From an uncultured Acidobacteriaceae bacterium (GTDB lineage Bacteria; Acidobacteriota; Terriglobia; Terriglobales; Acidobacteriaceae), in contig CAWBEP010000017.1 of assembly GCA_963787915.1 (NCBI GenBank), positions 34,439-98,438 on the forward strand: 64,000 bases of DNA. Reading direction: 5' to 3'. Made by a program: the position numbers and the translations under genes. The notes beneath the pieces are model-generated. The model did no database searches. It was not told the DNA's origin and saw only the letters and a program-made list of their open reading frames with translations. The first letter of the stretch is position 1; each line of letters starts with the position of its first letter. Of the stretch, positions 1 through 9,898 are shown one piece after another.

Positions 1-549
1 GAGCAGATGGAGCTTTTACCGCGTCTTCTTGAACAAAAACTTGAAGTCTGGGAGGAGCAGGTATCCGCGATCGCGAAGGGCCTGCGCGAGGCGCGGACAT
101 TCCTCTACCTGGGCCGTGCCATTCACTACTCTATTGCGCGCGAAGGGGCGTTGAAGCTTAAGGAGTCGGCCTATGTGCAGGCCGAAGGCCTGCCGGCGGG
201 CGAGTTGAAGCATGGGCCGAATGCGCTGGTGAGTCCACAGGCGCCGCTGGTAATGCTGGCGACGCGCGACCGCAACGATCCGGACTCGACTCTGCGCTAC
301 GAGAAGACATTGCAGCTGATGCGCGACATGCACGCTCAGGGAGCGGAGGTCTTTGCGGTTTACGTCGAGGGTGACGACGAGGCCGCGCGGCTTGCGCGGT
401 ACTCGGTGGCCATTCCAGCGGTCGATGAGTTCCTGCTGCCGATGCTGGAGGTGGTTCCGCTGCAGATGCTGGCCTATTTCATTGCGGTGCAGCGTGGAGT
501 CAACGTGGACGCGCCGCGCAATCTGGTGAAAGCTGTCGTGCGCGAGTAG
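1..549 (+). CDS. glmS: glutamine--fructose-6-phosphate aminotransferase, C-terminal fragment (5' end outside window)
   Basis: Reading frame is open to the window edge. The translation is a SIS-domain sequence with the characteristic GlmS C-terminus ...NVDAPRNLVKAVVRE. Confidence 0.85.
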   Translation, partial: EQMELLPRLLEQKLEVWEEQVSAIAKGLREARTFLYLGRAIHYSIAREGALKLKESAYVQAEGLPAGELKHGPNALVSPQAPLVMLATRDRNDPDSTLRYEKTLQLMRDMHAQGAEVFAVYVEGDDEAARLARYSVAIPAVDEFLLPMLEVVPLQMLAYFIAVQRGVNVDAPRNLVKAVVRE

Positions 550-576
550 CGAGCCGGAACACGGCGTTCGGATCCC

Positions 577-1764
577 TCAGTGCGCGGACCAGCCGACGTT
601 CCGCCAGCCAAACCAGGCGAGCGCGAGCACGGCCAGCAGGACGACTTCGACGAGGCCGACGCAGGCCGGCCAACCGCCGAGATTCCAGAGGAAGCCGGGA
701 GCAACGCCGGCAATGGTTCCGCCCAGGTAGTAGCAGGACAGGTAGAGGCCAGCCGCAGAGGCGCGGCCCCCCGAGGGGGCGGCCATGCGCAGAAAGCTCG
801 TCGAAGTCGATTGGGCGATGAAGACGCCGCTGCAGAGCAGTCCCAGGCCGGGGAAAATGACGACCCACAAATGATGGCTGAGGGTGAGTGCCTCGCCCAC
901 GCAACAGATGGCGATCGCTACAGCGATGCCGCGGCGCATGCCGATGCGTGTTACGAGGTAGCCGCCGAAGGGCGTGACCACAAGACCGACAAGGTAGATC
1001 GCGAAAAGGTAGCTGAGAGCGAGAGTGGACAAGCGGAACGGCGGGTCGGCCAGGTAAAAAGTGCTGTAGGTGAATGTGGCTACGAGCGTGAAGAGAATTC
1101 CGAAGCCAACGCAGAAGGTCACCAGCAGGCGTGGATTCAGAAAATGGCGCAGCGCGATCCATAGGTTGGCGGCCGTTCCCTCTGGATGCGGAGTGTGCGG
1201 ACGCGGCGCTTCAGAAGGAAGCCAGCGCGCGATGAAGACCGCACCAAGCAGCGTGAGCGTGCCGAGCAGAACAAAGCTCCAGCGCCAGCCCACGGTGTCA
1301 GTCACGAGACCCGTGAGAAACCGGCCGAGGAAGCCACCCAGGGCAGTGGAGCTGACGTAAAGGCTCATCACCAGAGCGATAGCTTCGTGACGCCACTCCT
1401 CGCCTATGTAGGTGATGACCGTGGCAAAGATGCCGGGGAGCGCGAGGCCCTGCATGAAGCGCCAGAAGATGAGCGCATGCAGGCCGGGTGATGTGGCTGC
1501 GAGCATGGTTGGGACGGCCAGCACCACGATCGAGTTGACGATCACGCGTTTGCGGCTGAGGCGCTCGGTTAGTGCGCCAAAGATGGGGGCAGCGAGCGCA
1601 ACGCCAAGCGTCGAGGCGCTGACCGTGAGGCCAACCGTGGCCTTCGAGGCGTGGAACAGCGCCGTGAGCATCGGCAGCAGAGGCTGGGTGGTGTAGAGAT
1701 TCAGGAAAGCAAAGACGCCGCAGAGGCAGACCGCGGCGACCGGCCGCACCGGGCGCAATCCCAT
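577..1764 (-). CDS. MFS transporter
   Basis: Twelve-TM-like hydrophobic pattern with MFS loop motifs. I set the start at the ATG at 1762-1764 (MGLRPVRP...). The listed ORF runs to 1947, but that extension is non-hydrophobic and would overlap the divergent gene. Confidence 0.75.
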   Translation of the reverse strand: MGLRPVRPVAAVCLCGVFAFLNLYTTQPLLPMLTALFHASKATVGLTVSASTLGVALAAPIFGALTERLSRKRVIVNSIVVLAVPTMLAATSPGLHALIFWRFMQGLALPGIFATVITYIGEEWRHEAIALVMSLYVSSTALGGFLGRFLTGLVTDTVGWRWSFVLLGTLTLLGAVFIARWLPSEAPRPHTPHPEGTAANLWIALRHFLNPRLLVTFCVGFGILFTLVATFTYSTFYLADPPFRLSTLALSYLFAIYLVGLVVTPFGGYLVTRIGMRRGIAVAIAICCVGEALTLSHHLWVVIFPGLGLLCSGVFIAQSTSTSFLRMAAPSGGRASAAGLYLSCYYLGGTIAGVAPGFLWNLGGWPACVGLVEVVLLAVLALAWFGWRNVGWSAH

Positions 1765-1945
1765 ATGGCGTTGCGGATTAGGCTCTATGATGGCGACGGC
1801 GGGATTGGCGGCGGCCAATTCGGATGTTGGCGACAGAGATTCCACCAACCAGACTACCCGTGTCCAGGGATCGGCGCCGAAAATGCAGGGATAACGAAGC
1901 GGCAGTGGCACCTTCTGCGGCAAGGCCGGTATAAAGGGAGCTGGC

Positions 1946-3232
1946 ATGGCCCAGCCCGCAGCCGCATTCCTCTCCCGCGACTTCCGCCGTTACCAGCTGG
2001 CCCGCGCCGTGGTCATCATGGGCGCGGAGGCGCAGGCGCTGGCAGTCGCCTGGCAGGTGTACCAGATCACGCATCGAGCGATCGATCTCGGATACACCGG
2101 ACTCATGTTGTTTCTGCCCGGGCTGCTTTTTATCCTGCCGGCAGGCCACGTGGCGGACCGGTTTGATCGCCGTCAGGTGATTCTTGTTTGTTATGTACTG
2201 CAGGCTTTCTGCACGATGGCACTGTTCGGAATGGCATGGAGAGGCATCGACCGGGTGTGGCCAATCTTTGCGCTGCTCTTCGTGATTGGCACCGGGCGCG
2301 CCTTCAGCGGGCCGGCCAGCTCCGCGCTGGTGCCGCATCTCGTGCCGCAGGAGCATTTCGTCAACGCCATTACCTGGGGCTCAGCGATCTTCCAGTTCGC
2401 TAATATTATTGGCCCGGCACTCGGCGGCATTTTGTTCACATTGCCGCTGCATCAGCGTTTGCATGGCGCCCCCCTCGTCTACCTCTTTGCTCTGGCAACG
2501 ATCCTTTGGTTTCTCTTGCTGGTCGGCTCGCTGCATGTGAGGCCCGGCCGCATGGAGCATCGGGCAATTTCGAAAGACGTCATTCTGGCCGGGCTTCGCT
2601 ACGTGGCGGGAACCCAGGTCCTGCTCGGCTCGATATCGCTGGATCTGTTCGCAGTGTTGCTCGGGGGAGCGGTCGCTCTTTTGCCCATCTTCGCTCAGGA
2701 CATTCTCCACGCTGGTCCACGCGGCCTCGGCATGCTGCGGGCGGCGCCGGCGGTGGGAGCGCTGGCTGTCTCTTCCTGGCTGATGGTGCACCCGATTCGC
2801 CGGAATGCGGGCGTGCGGATGCTGATCTGCGTCGCGATCTTCGGCGCATCGACGGTGCTGTTCGGGTTGTCCCGCAGCCTGCCGGTCTCGCTGGCCGCGC
2901 TGTTCATCGTCGGCGCTTCCGATATGGTCAGCGTGGTGATTCGTTCCTCGGTTCTTCAACTGGCGACGCCCGCGGAGATGCGCGGGCGCGTCAGCGCGGT
3001 CAATTCTCTTTTCATTGGAGCGTCGAACGAGTTCGGAGAGTTTGAAAGCGGCCTCACGGCACAATGGTGGGGAGCGGTGCGCGCCGTTGTCATCGGTGGC
3101 ATCGGATCGCTTGTGGTCACCGGCCTATGGAGCGTCTTCTTCCCCAGCCTCCGCCGCGCCGATGAGTTGACGCCCGCGGCCCTGATCAACGCGGAGCTGG
3201 AGCAAAGCGGTCAGGAAGTGCGGAAGCTATAA
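1946..3232 (+). CDS. MFS transporter (MFS_3 / EntS-like type)
   Basis: N-terminus ...FRRYQLARAVVIMGAEAQALAVAWQVYQIT... followed by repeated TM segments, typical of the enterobactin-exporter-like MFS group. Confidence 0.75.
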   Translation: MAQPAAAFLSRDFRRYQLARAVVIMGAEAQALAVAWQVYQITHRAIDLGYTGLMLFLPGLLFILPAGHVADRFDRRQVILVCYVLQAFCTMALFGMAWRGIDRVWPIFALLFVIGTGRAFSGPASSALVPHLVPQEHFVNAITWGSAIFQFANIIGPALGGILFTLPLHQRLHGAPLVYLFALATILWFLLLVGSLHVRPGRMEHRAISKDVILAGLRYVAGTQVLLGSISLDLFAVLLGGAVALLPIFAQDILHAGPRGLGMLRAAPAVGALAVSSWLMVHPIRRNAGVRMLICVAIFGASTVLFGLSRSLPVSLAALFIVGASDMVSVVIRSSVLQLATPAEMRGRVSAVNSLFIGASNEFGEFESGLTAQWWGAVRAVVIGGIGSLVVTGLWSVFFPSLRRADELTPAALINAELEQSGQEVRKL

Positions 3233-3313
3233 TTTTGTCAATGGACTTGGCATTTTCAGCGCCGGGTGGTTCGACCTCCGGATCCCATCCCGACCTTTCG
3301 ATCGTCGTGGGCT

Positions 3314-4351
3314 ATGCCTGAGGTCCTGGTCACCGGGGGTTCCGGATTCTTCGGTGGGATTCTCAAACGGCAGTTGCTCGCAGAAGGGTTCGCTATCACC
3401 AATGTCGACGTGGTCCCTGACCCCGATACGCATCCGTCCCTCACGACGATCAACGGTGATATCCGCGACCGGGCGCTTCTGAGCCGTACCTTCGCCGGGC
3501 GTCCATTCACGGCCGTTTTTCATTGTGCAGCCATGCTGGCTCATGATCGCGTCGATGAACGGGATCTCTGGACCTCAAATGTGGACGGCACGCGCAACCT
3601 CGCGGAGGCCTGCCGCGACTATGGCGTTCCGAAACTGATCTTCACTTCGACCAATTGCCTCTGGGGGCGCAACCTGGGCCACCCGGTTCGCGAAGATGAC
3701 CCGCCCGCTCCCGTCGAACTTTACGGGCGCTCAAAGCTGGCCGCTGAGGAAGCGCTGGCCGACTTCCATCAGGATGTCGGCATCACCATCCTGCGCTGCC
3801 CGACCATTATCAGCAGCGGCCGGTTGGGTCTGCTCGCCATCCTTTTCGAGTTTATCGAGGAGGGGAAATCCGTCTGGGTGGTGGGCGACGGCTCCAACCG
3901 GTATCAGTTCATCTACGCGCCGGATTTGGTGCGAGCGTGCCTTGCCGCGTCGCAATTTTCGGGTTCGGAAATCTTCCACATCGGCTCCGACCACGTTCAA
4001 TCGCTGCGCGAGGTCTACGAAGCGGTGATCCGTAAAGCGGGCAGCCCTTCGCGGGTGCGTTCGCTGCCCAAGGCTCCCACTCTGGCGACGATGCGGCTGG
4101 CGCATCGGCTCGGGATCTCACCGCTGGGCCCTTACCACTACAAGATGATTGCCGAGGATTTCCTCTTCGATACGACGAAGATCAAAGCGAAGCTTGGTTG
4201 GCAGCCAACGCTGACCAACGCCGAAATGCTCAGCGAGGCTTACGCCTATTACGCTGAGCGCCGCGCGGAGATTGAAGCGCGGAAAGATGTCTCTGCCCAT
4301 TCTCGGCCCGCGGAAATGGGAATTATTCGGTTGGTGAAGTGGTTCTCGTGA
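3314..4351 (+). CDS. NAD-dependent epimerase/dehydratase (SDR family)
   Basis: ATG at 3314 gives MPEVLVTGGSGFFGG, a Rossmann GxxGxxG motif. A YxxxK-type motif (YGRSK) is also present. Confidence 0.85.
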   Translation: MPEVLVTGGSGFFGGILKRQLLAEGFAITNVDVVPDPDTHPSLTTINGDIRDRALLSRTFAGRPFTAVFHCAAMLAHDRVDERDLWTSNVDGTRNLAEACRDYGVPKLIFTSTNCLWGRNLGHPVREDDPPAPVELYGRSKLAAEEALADFHQDVGITILRCPTIISSGRLGLLAILFEFIEEGKSVWVVGDGSNRYQFIYAPDLVRACLAASQFSGSEIFHIGSDHVQSLREVYEAVIRKAGSPSRVRSLPKAPTLATMRLAHRLGISPLGPYHYKMIAEDFLFDTTKIKAKLGWQPTLTNAEMLSEAYAYYAERRAEIEARKDVSAHSRPAEMGIIRLVKWFS

Positions 4352-5736
4352 TCGCAGCTCCGACATCCGTCCAGGGGTCAGTCCATCCGAAGCGGGGGAG
4401 CGGTTTTCCCTGGTCCATCTTCTGGACGGCGTTCCTGGTTCGCATCGCCGTCATGACGCTTGGGCACTTCTATCGCATCGCTCCCTACGAAGATCACTTC
4501 AAGTTTGGCTTTGAGATGGGGCGCATCGCGCGTTCGCTCGCGGCCGGGCAGGGATATGCCAACCCCTTCGATCACCCCAGCGGACCAACTGCCTGGGTTA
4601 CTCCTCTGTATCCGCTGCTTATGGCCGGGGTGTTTCGGCTGTTTGGTGTTTACACCGCACTTTCGGCATGGGTGATTCTCGCGTTCAATTGCGTGTGTTC
4701 CGCTTTGACGACATGGACGACATGGGAGATCGCGTCACGTTGCTTCAACCGCCGCGTGGCGGTGTGGTCCGCGTGGCTGTGGGCGCTCTACCCGGCAGCC
4801 ATGCAGTACGCCGTGAAGTGGGTGTGGGAGATGAGCCTCACAACATTTCTTTTCTCGTGCATTCTGGTGCTGGCGCTGCGCATGCGAAACATCGGCGGCG
4901 ATCCGGCCGAAGCCGATCCTGCAACAACCAAACGTTGGGCATTATTTGGGCTTCTCTGGGGATTGATCACTCTCAGCAGCGCGTCCATCGCTATTTTCCT
5001 GCCGTTCTGCGTAATCTGGATCCTGAGGGGAATTCCGCGCCTTAGAAGGCAAATCCCGCGCTTACTGCTGGGGGCGGCGCTTTGCGTGGCGTGCCTCGTG
5101 CCCTGGATGGTCCGCAACGCTCGCGTGTTTCACCAATTTGTTCCGATGCGAACGAACTTTGGCGCGGAGTTCGCCATGGGCAACGATCCTTTTCTCGAAG
5201 GAACGGTTGTCGGTTCTCCCGTGGCCCTGCCTCAGGAGGAAGCTCTTTACGACCGTGTCGGCGAGCTCGAATATTCGCGCATCCGCGGACGCGAGGCGAT
5301 CGCCCGCATCCGGCGCGATCCGGCTTCCTTTCTAAGGCTCACCTTGCGGCGTTTCTATTTCTTCTGGGGCGATGTTCCGCACGCCACGCACAACGGTGAA
5401 GGCTGGACGGAATATGTTCGCAGCCTGAACTTTCAGTTCGCGAGCATCACCGGCGTGCTTGGGCTCCTCGCTGCTCTGCGCCGAAAAATTCCCGCCGCAC
5501 CTCTCTTCGTTGCAGCCTTTGCGGTGATTCCGTTCGTCTACTACTTCGTGTTTGTCCAGGCACGCTTTCGCCATCCGCTGGAACCGCTGATCACGATCCT
5601 GACGGTGTACCTCTTCCAGTCAGCAGAAAAAAGCTGGCGGGTGCGGTTCTTTGGCTATCCGTGCGGATTTCTATCGGGAATCAAAGCGCATAGCCCGTCT
5701 GACTCGATGCCGAGGGGGCGATTGACAAGGTTGTAG
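4339..5736 (+). CDS. polytopic membrane protein, ArnT/PMT-like (GT-C) glycosyltransferase candidate
   Basis: Many TM segments with an aromatic-rich loop pattern. The GTG at 4339 or at 4348 (GTGA overlap with the epimerase stop) suggests translational coupling. Family assignment is by resemblance only. Confidence 0.5.
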   Translation: MVLVIAAPTSVQGSVHPKRGSGFPWSIFWTAFLVRIAVMTLGHFYRIAPYEDHFKFGFEMGRIARSLAAGQGYANPFDHPSGPTAWVTPLYPLLMAGVFRLFGVYTALSAWVILAFNCVCSALTTWTTWEIASRCFNRRVAVWSAWLWALYPAAMQYAVKWVWEMSLTTFLFSCILVLALRMRNIGGDPAEADPATTKRWALFGLLWGLITLSSASIAIFLPFCVIWILRGIPRLRRQIPRLLLGAALCVACLVPWMVRNARVFHQFVPMRTNFGAEFAMGNDPFLEGTVVGSPVALPQEEALYDRVGELEYSRIRGREAIARIRRDPASFLRLTLRRFYFFWGDVPHATHNGEGWTEYVRSLNFQFASITGVLGLLAALRRKIPAAPLFVAAFAVIPFVYYFVFVQARFRHPLEPLITILTVYLFQSAEKSWRVRFFGYPCGFLSGIKAHSPSDSMPRGRLTRL

Positions 5737-5817
5737 AAGTTTTCGAAGGCGTTGAGGAGTGTGATCTCGGCAATCTGTCGCGGGGTTGTTCGATGAGTTG
5801 CGGACGCATGAATCACC

Positions 5818-6453
5818 TCACCCCAACGGAAGAAAATACTGAGTACCGTGGACCGGTTCCGCCAGCCGCTTGAGCAGCAATTGCAGGTCGCGATTGTTAT
5901 TCACGAAATCGATATCACTGGTGTTCACAACAAGCAAGTCGCTGCCCGAATAGTGAAAAAAGAAATGCTCGTAGGCTGCGGCGACCTGTTCGATGTACTT
6001 TTCGCTGATGGCCTGCTCTCCGGGCACGCCCTTGCGTTTGATCCTCTGCTTCAGCGCTTCCGGAGAGGCCTGCAGATAGATCACCAGCTGAGGGGTTGGC
6101 ACATCTGCACGAAGCATCTGGTAGAAACGGTTGTAGAGGTCCAGCTCGGCGTCGCTTAGATTGATGTAGGCGAAGATTTTGTCCTTTTCAAAGAGATAGT
6201 CAGCCACCACTGGGGTGCTGAAATCTTCAAGATCGCGTTGTTGCTCGAAGCGTTCCATCAGAAACCACATCTGCGTGGCGAGGGCCATGCCCGGCTGTCC
6301 CTGGTAGAAGCGGGTCAGAAAAGGATTGTCTTCAGGCTCGACGATCCGGCGGGCGTGCAGCGTCTCGGCGAGGACCTGCGCCAGTGTGGATTTGCCGGCC
6401 CGGATGGGGCCTTCCACGGCGATGAAACGCGGTTGTTCGAATAGACTGGCCAT
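5818..6453 (-). CDS. deoxynucleoside kinase
   Basis: P-loop IAVEGPIRAGKSTLAQ plus dNK-family motifs (FLTRFY, ERF). Confidence 0.8.
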   Translation of the reverse strand: MASLFEQPRFIAVEGPIRAGKSTLAQVLAETLHARRIVEPEDNPFLTRFYQGQPGMALATQMWFLMERFEQQRDLEDFSTPVVADYLFEKDKIFAYINLSDAELDLYNRFYQMLRADVPTPQLVIYLQASPEALKQRIKRKGVPGEQAISEKYIEQVAAAYEHFFFHYSGSDLLVVNTSDIDFVNNNRDLQLLLKRLAEPVHGTQYFLPLG

Positions 6454-6461
6454 CGTTCAGG

Positions 6462-7253
6462 ATGAAGAGCGAAGGAAACAGGAAGATAACACGGGCGGAG
6501 CGCGAAGCAAACCTTTTACACTGGAATCAAATGCTCGCCACTTTTGCCAGCGCCGGCGCCGCCGCAATTTTTGCCGCTGGTGGATGCGCCTATGCTGGCT
6601 TGTCTTCCCAGTCGCAGCTGTTCGGACGAACGATCGTGGCTGGCCGCAATCCCCGGGAGATTGCGCTTACCTACGACGACGGTCCCAATGATCCGTGGAC
6701 TTCGCACCTGCTCGACCTGCTGGCGCTTCACGATCTCCACGCTACGTTCTTCCTCATCGGCCGTTTTGTGCGTCAGCGTCCGGAGCTCGTCCGGGAGATT
6801 CGCGATGCAGGTCACCTCATCGGCAATCACACGATGACGCATCCGTGGCTGACGGCGCAGAGTCTGCGGCGCGTCCGCGAAGAATTGGCTGGCTGCAACG
6901 CAGCTCTCGAAGATGTCCTGGGTGAGCGAGTGCGCTTCTTTCGTCCACCTCATGGTGCGCGGCGCCCCGATGTGCTGCTCGCGGCTCGCGAGTTGGGACT
7001 GAATCCAGTGATGTGGAATGCGATTGGTTACGATTGGCGAGCGAATATCTCCGCCGCTGCGATTGCCAGCCACGTTGAGCGGGATTTCGCCCGCAACCGC
7101 CGCCGTCGCCGCGGATCCAACCTCGTCCTTCACGATGGCAGTCACACGGCACTTGGTGCAGACCGTTCGCAGACCGTAGAAGCAACGCGACAAATTCTCG
7201 ACCGGCACCCACCCGCATCGACACAGTACCGAACCGTCGACGCCTGGACCTGA
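6462..7253 (+). CDS. polysaccharide deacetylase (NodB homology domain), membrane anchored
   Basis: Motifs LTYDDGPND, HATFFLIG and GNHTMTHP, with an N-terminal hydrophobic anchor. An alternative start is the ATG at 6531. Confidence 0.85.
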   Translation: MKSEGNRKITRAEREANLLHWNQMLATFASAGAAAIFAAGGCAYAGLSSQSQLFGRTIVAGRNPREIALTYDDGPNDPWTSHLLDLLALHDLHATFFLIGRFVRQRPELVREIRDAGHLIGNHTMTHPWLTAQSLRRVREELAGCNAALEDVLGERVRFFRPPHGARRPDVLLAARELGLNPVMWNAIGYDWRANISAAAIASHVERDFARNRRRRRGSNLVLHDGSHTALGADRSQTVEATRQILDRHPPASTQYRTVDAWT

Positions 7254-7308
7254 GGGGCTTGCGCTCTGACGCCTCAGCAGAACTGGCGACGGTGCGTTAA
7301 CGTAGAAC

Positions 7309-7327
7309 AGACCAGAGGGTCTTTTTT
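7309..7327 (+). terminator. weak intrinsic-terminator-like hairpin with T-run
   Basis: AGACC-agag-GGTCT followed by TTTTT, lying between the deacetylase stop and the ADOP start. The stem is only 5 bp. Confidence 0.3.
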
Positions 7328-7330
7328 CCC

Positions 7331-9874
7331 ATGCTCTTTGAAGACATCCGCTACGCCCTGAGGCAATTCCTCAAGACGCCCGGCTTTACGATCACCGCCA
7401 TTCTTACTCTTGCGCTGGGCATTGGCGCGACGACAGCGATTTTCACGCTGATCCACGCGGTGCTGCTCAAGTCGCTACCCGTCGCGCGTCCGAGTGAGTT
7501 GATCCGGATCGGGGACAATGAGAATTGCTGCGTCAATGGGGGCATGCAGGACGACTGGTCGCTCTTTTCGACCGAACAATATCGAGAGTTTCGCGATCAT
7601 ACGACGGGTTTCTCCAACCTCGCGGCCTTCCAGGCGGGCCGCTCGCAGATCGGTGTGCGCCGTCAGGGCTCCGACCATGCTTCCGAGCCCTTCGGCGCTG
7701 AATTCGTCTCCGGCAACGCTTTCGACACATTTGGCCTGACTGCATGGATGGGCCGGCTGCTGCGCCCTTCCGATGACGTGAAAGGCGCGGCGCCGGTGGC
7801 GGTCATCAGTTATCGTACCTGGCAACAGAAATACGGAAGTGACCGTACGGTTGTCGGCGCATCATTTCTCATCAACGGCCAGTCTTTCACCATCGTGGGG
7901 ATCGCGCCGCCCGGTTATTTCGGCGAACGCCTGACCGCCAATCCTGCGTCATTCTGGATTCCGCTCAGCGACTCGCCCCTGATTCAAAGCGGCAGTTTCG
8001 ATGTCCTCGATAGCCCTCAGCTTCAATGGCTCAATCTGATCGGCCGCATCGAACCGGGGGCGGACGTCAGGAAAATGGAAGCCCAGCTTCAGGTGGAGCT
8101 GCGGCAGTTCCTGCTCAGCCCCCTGAGCAAAGTCGAAGCGCGCAACGCGGGGCTGATTCCGAAACAAACGCTGCATCTTCGCCCCGGCGGTGGGGGCGTT
8201 CAGCAAATGCAGGACAACTACAAAGATGGTCTTCACCTGCTGATGTGGATCTCGGCGTTTGTACTCCTGATTGCCTGTGCGAACCTGGCCAACCTGATGC
8301 TGGTCCGCGCCACCGCCCGCAAGGCTCAGACTTCCGTGCGCGCCGCGCTGGGAGCTCCGCGACGCCGTCTTGTCCGCCAGGCCCTCACGGAAAGCGTAGT
8401 GCTCGCCGTGTTGGGTGGTATTGCAGGGCTCGGGGTCGCGTATGCGGGCGCAGCGCTTTTGTTGCATCTCGTATCCGGGAAAAGTTATCTTCCTATCGAC
8501 GCGGCGCCGTCGTTGCCGGTGCTCGCTTTCGCTTTTGGAGTATCGCTGCTAACGGGGATCCTCTTCGGCACGGCTCCCGCGTGGATGACCGCGCACGCCG
8601 ATCCCATCGACGCCTTGCGCGGCGCCAATCGCTCCACCAAACACAGCGGCCTCTGGACACAGAAAATTCTGGTCGTCATGCAGGCGGCCGTATCGCTGGC
8701 TTTGCTGTGCGCTGCCGGATTCCTGATTCGCAGTCTCACCAATCTTCAGCATCAGCACTTCGGCTTTGAGACACGCAACCGCTACGTCCTGCACATCGAC
8801 CCCCAGATGGCCGGATACAAACCCGAACAGGCTGATAGTTTCTTTCGGCAGATGCACGACGCGCTCGCCGCCATCCCCGGAGTCAGAGCCGTTACCTACT
8901 CTCTCTATAGCCCAATGGAGGGTAACAACTGGGGTGAAACCGTCTGGATCGAAGGCCAGGCTCCGCCTCCGCCGGGGAGCGACTTCAATGGGTCCTCATG
9001 GGATCGGGTCAGCGCGGGCTATTTCGAAAATATCGGAACCAGGATCATCGCGGGCCGGCCCATCACCGACCAGGACACTGCGTCCACACGCAACGTGGCC
9101 GTCGTCAATCAGTCATTCGCCCGTCATTTCTTCAAAGATGGCAATGCCATCGGCCAGCATTTTGGCGACGAGGAGCCTAAGTTCGCTGGTCAATATGAGA
9201 TCGTTGGCGTCACCGAGGACACCCAATACTGGGATCCCGACAGCAAACTGCGCCCGATGTTTTTTGTGCCTGCGACGCAGTGGGCGAAGTATGACGACCC
9301 GGATGAAGTGATGTTCGAGAATGTGTCTCACCTTGAAATGGGCTCGGTCGAGATCCAAACGGCCGGATTCGTTCCCGGCCTTGAAGCGCAAGTGCGCCGT
9401 ACTTTGTCGCAGATCAACCCCAACCTCACCATGATCGGCTTCCAGAGTTTTGCTGAGCAGGTGCAGAACGAGTTTCTGCAACAGGAGATTCTTGTGCAAC
9501 TGACTGCTGTTTTCGGATTCCTCGCGTTAACTTTGGCGGCTATCGGCCTATACGGCGTAACAGCGTACTCCGTAGCCCAACGCACCAGTGAGATTGGAAT
9601 CCGCATGGCTCTGGGCGCCGATCGCGGTGGAATACTGCAGATGGTGTTGCGCAGCGCGTTCCTGCAGGCCGGCATCGGTCTCGCCATCGGCATGCCGGCA
9701 GCGATCCTGGCTGGTCGTTTCATGGCCAGCCTTCTCTACAAGGTGCAGCCCTGGGACCCCACCGTTCTCGTTTCGACCACATTGATCCTCGCGGTCGCCG
9801 CGTTTCTGGCAGCGGTGATCCCGGCGCAGCGCGCGGCCAGCATCGAGCCCATGACCGCGCTGCGCACCGAGTAG
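7331..9874 (+). CDS. ADOP-family duplicated MacB/FtsX-type ABC permease (no adjacent ATPase)
   Basis: 847 aa with the signature N-terminus MLFEDIRYALRQFLKTPGFTITAILTLALGIGATTAIFT. Two MacB_PCD plus FtsX modules occur in one chain. Confidence 0.9.
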   Translation: MLFEDIRYALRQFLKTPGFTITAILTLALGIGATTAIFTLIHAVLLKSLPVARPSELIRIGDNENCCVNGGMQDDWSLFSTEQYREFRDHTTGFSNLAAFQAGRSQIGVRRQGSDHASEPFGAEFVSGNAFDTFGLTAWMGRLLRPSDDVKGAAPVAVISYRTWQQKYGSDRTVVGASFLINGQSFTIVGIAPPGYFGERLTANPASFWIPLSDSPLIQSGSFDVLDSPQLQWLNLIGRIEPGADVRKMEAQLQVELRQFLLSPLSKVEARNAGLIPKQTLHLRPGGGGVQQMQDNYKDGLHLLMWISAFVLLIACANLANLMLVRATARKAQTSVRAALGAPRRRLVRQALTESVVLAVLGGIAGLGVAYAGAALLLHLVSGKSYLPIDAAPSLPVLAFAFGVSLLTGILFGTAPAWMTAHADPIDALRGANRSTKHSGLWTQKILVVMQAAVSLALLCAAGFLIRSLTNLQHQHFGFETRNRYVLHIDPQMAGYKPEQADSFFRQMHDALAAIPGVRAVTYSLYSPMEGNNWGETVWIEGQAPPPPGSDFNGSSWDRVSAGYFENIGTRIIAGRPITDQDTASTRNVAVVNQSFARHFFKDGNAIGQHFGDEEPKFAGQYEIVGVTEDTQYWDPDSKLRPMFFVPATQWAKYDDPDEVMFENVSHLEMGSVEIQTAGFVPGLEAQVRRTLSQINPNLTMIGFQSFAEQVQNEFLQQEILVQLTAVFGFLALTLAAIGLYGVTAYSVAQRTSEIGIRMALGADRGGILQMVLRSAFLQAGIGLAIGMPAAILAGRFMASLLYKVQPWDPTVLVSTTLILAVAAFLAAVIPAQRAASIEPMTALRTE

Positions 9875-9898
9875 ATCGCGTTTACTGGCCCGGACAGG

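Noticed and set aside
553-575. Possible terminator hairpin between the convergent glmS and MFS genes (CCGGAAC-acggc-GTTCGG).
   Set aside because: The stem is imperfect (bulged G) and only 6 bp long, and there is no T-run.
1900-1920. TGGCAC hexamer upstream of the MFS gene at 1946 (a possible sigma54 -24 box).
   Set aside because: The downstream GC lies 10 nt, not 12 nt, from the GG, and there is no TTGC. The spacing is incompatible with sigma54 promoters.
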